In this document: piece after piece, positions 61,970 through 64,000 of the stretch
Layout of the letters: the number at the start of each line of letters is the position of its first letter
Position numbering within the stretch: position 1 is the first letter of the stretch
Source of the DNA: Eledone cirrhosa
Taxonomy: Eukaryota
Assembly (NCBI GenBank): GCA_964016885.1
Contig: OZ024743.1
Coordinates: forward strand, 163,804,001-163,868,000
Length of the DNA: 64,000 nucleotides
Direction: 5' to 3'
Program-made: the position numbers and the translations under genes
The notes under the pieces: model-generated
What the model was told of the DNA's origin: nothing
Databases searched by the model: none
What the model saw: the letters and a program-made list of their open reading frames with translations, nothing else

Positions 61970-62462
61970 TCATCATCATCATCATCATCGTTTTACGTCC
62001 GTTCTTCCACGCTAGCATGGGTTAGACGGGTTGTCCTGTTGTGGGCAGTGTCTGGTCGGCTGACCTTTCTTGCTCATACAGGAACTGATTCTGGCTTGAT
62101 TTCTACAGCTGGATGCCCTTCCTAACACCAACCTCATTTACAGTGAGTGCTGGGTGCTTTTTTCCGTGGCGCCTACACATCCACTTTACAGTGTGGGCTG
62201 GGTGCTTCTTTGCCGTGGCACCTCCACGACCACTTTGCAGTGTGTGTGTGTGGGGGGGGGGCATATTGTCTATATGCTTCAGTTTGTACCCATGGGAGGT
62301 CGGGTACTCTGTATTACTGCGTGACGCCAGAAGTCACGGTCGTGTGTCATTGCCTTTGAGAGGTGTAATTGGGTAAGGTCGGCTTTTATCACCTCATCCC
62401 AGGTCATCTTGGGTCTCCCCACTCCGCGGTTTCCATCAACTTCTAGTGCTCTGCACCTTTTA
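61970..62462 (-). mobile_element. RTE LINE 3' end and UTR, same subfamily as 16380-18960
   Basis: KRCRALEVDGNRGVGRPKMTWDEVIKADL; closely similar to the reverse complement of 18490-18960. Confidence 0.9.
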
Positions 62463-63444
62463 TATATATTCATTTTATTAGTATTGCTAATTGAGATTTG
62501 TCAGACCATATTTCAACTTAGATATTCATACTTTAAGGAAAGTAGAGAGTCATCATTATCACCGTTTAATATCTATTTTCCATACTTGCATGGGTTAGAT
62601 GGGTTTTTATCTGCTGAAGCCAGACTGGTGAGGTTCTCATACCATTGACACAGAGATTTCTGTCTTCTACAGTAATCTAACTATTTCATCATTATCACTG
62701 TTTAACCTGTATTTTCTATGCTTGCATGGGTTAAATGGCTGTCATGCTCGGCTTGACTGATCAGATGACTAGGTCCTGCTTGGTTTCTTAGCTGGATGCC
62801 CTTCTTGGTGTCAACCACTTTACAGACAATATTTTGAGCTTGATTTCTATAACTAGATGCTCTTCCTAACACCAGCCACTTGACAACATGTATTAGGAGT
62901 ATAGTTTCTGTGGCTGAATGCCCTTCTTAATGCCAACCACTTTACAGCATGTACTAAGAGCATTTTATCATGACTCCAGCACTACCTCCTTACAGGGTTG
63001 ACTGGGTACTTTTGTTGTGGCACCATTTCTGTATCTATTTCATGTATGAATATACAATTTGTTGCTATGTAATACTATTGTCCAGATGTGGAAGTTTACC
63101 TTCTTTTCTCCCTTTTCATTCATTTCTCATTTTTCTGTAGAATGATGTAGCTTGAAATGTCATCAATAACTCTTTAAGACTTCTCCTGTGTATCAGTCTG
63201 ATAACTTTAATTTGTATCTTACCTTGCCTTCTTATTTTTGTATTTTACTTATTTCAGTCAGTAGACTGAAAACATGTTGGGGCACTGCCTTGATTTTTTC
63301 AATTCTATCAATACCTAGTACATATCTTTTTCAAGCCTTGTACTTATTTTATTGATTTATTTTTTGTTGCACCTCTAAGTTACAGGACATAAACACAGAT
63401 GTGGACCCACATGTGCATACACACACATATATATGTATATGCAT

Positions 63445-63595
63445 TTATACAATGGGCTTCTGCAGTTTCTGTCTACCAAATTCCACTTGCAAGTCTATCA
63501 TAGAAGGCACTTGCCCAAGGTGCTGCACAGCATAGCTAAACCCAGAACCACATAGTTCCAAAACAAACTCCTTAACCACATAGTCATTTCTGCAT
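63445..63595 (-). mobile_element. tRNA/CORE-like SINE fragment
   Basis: Reverse complement contains GCAGCACCTTGGGCAAGTGCCTTCTA...GGTAGACAGAAACTGCAGAAGCCC; relatives at 3680-3820, 24690-24825, 38120-38270 and 43670-43830. Confidence 0.7.
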
Positions 63596-64000
63596 TTATG
63601 CGTGTATAAGAAGCAAAGGGACTTAACTTTGCATCTCCACACGTGCCTCGACTGAATCCACGATGTTCACCTGTTTCACGTCTGGCCAGAGAACATAGCA
63701 AATCTCACACACTCATTCATACCAGTCATTAAAAGGACATCCACACTCAATGCTGCCTATGAACCGAAAAACAGCCCTCACTTCTGGCAAGATCTCCTTT
63801 GCATTTCCTGCATCCCAACCCCACCGTATATAATTTAAATTTAAGTGTGAATGTAACACAAATATAAGTGTATATTGTTTCTTCAGTCCTAGGTTAACCC
63901 TTTTCATACCAAGCTACCTAAACCCACATGATTTTACAATATTTAGCTGTTTATTTTAAAGTGTTTTTATTTATCTAAAAAAAAGCTTCCATAATTTTTT

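Noticed and set aside
63630-63830. Possible exon (ORFs 63498-63701, 63713-63907)
   Set aside because: No consistent frame with good splice sites and no recognisable domain.

Overview
AT-rich eukaryotic DNA made almost entirely of transposable elements, satellites and microsatellites. The SINE/LINE repertoire looks like a coleoid cephalopod (octopus-like), which is an inference from pattern recognition. No confident host gene was found, only one or two weak exon candidates. Main content: (1) a young Penelope-like retroelement with Naiad-type motifs (706-codon uninterrupted RT + GIY-YIG ORF, 30861-35222, minus strand) with ~268-bp inverted terminal repeats, each containing a minimal hammerhead ribozyme, inserted in a (TA)n tract; (2) several further hammerhead-like motifs, mostly unrelated in sequence, whose 3' ends face (TA)n tracts; (3) many RTE-clade LINE copies, including a near full-length one with a nested Helitron and CR1, plus a BovB-like RTE with C-terminal C2H2 fingers and non-autonomous relatives; (4) an R4/Dong-type element and a CRE-type endonuclease remnant followed by a 3.35-kb 40-bp satellite with higher-order structure; (5) a decayed Chapaev3-like DNA transposon with CACTGTG termini, MITE/foldback elements, tRNA-derived SINEs and a near-perfect 189-bp SINE hairpin. 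Family names come from motif recognition, not database searches, and boundaries are approximate unless stated.
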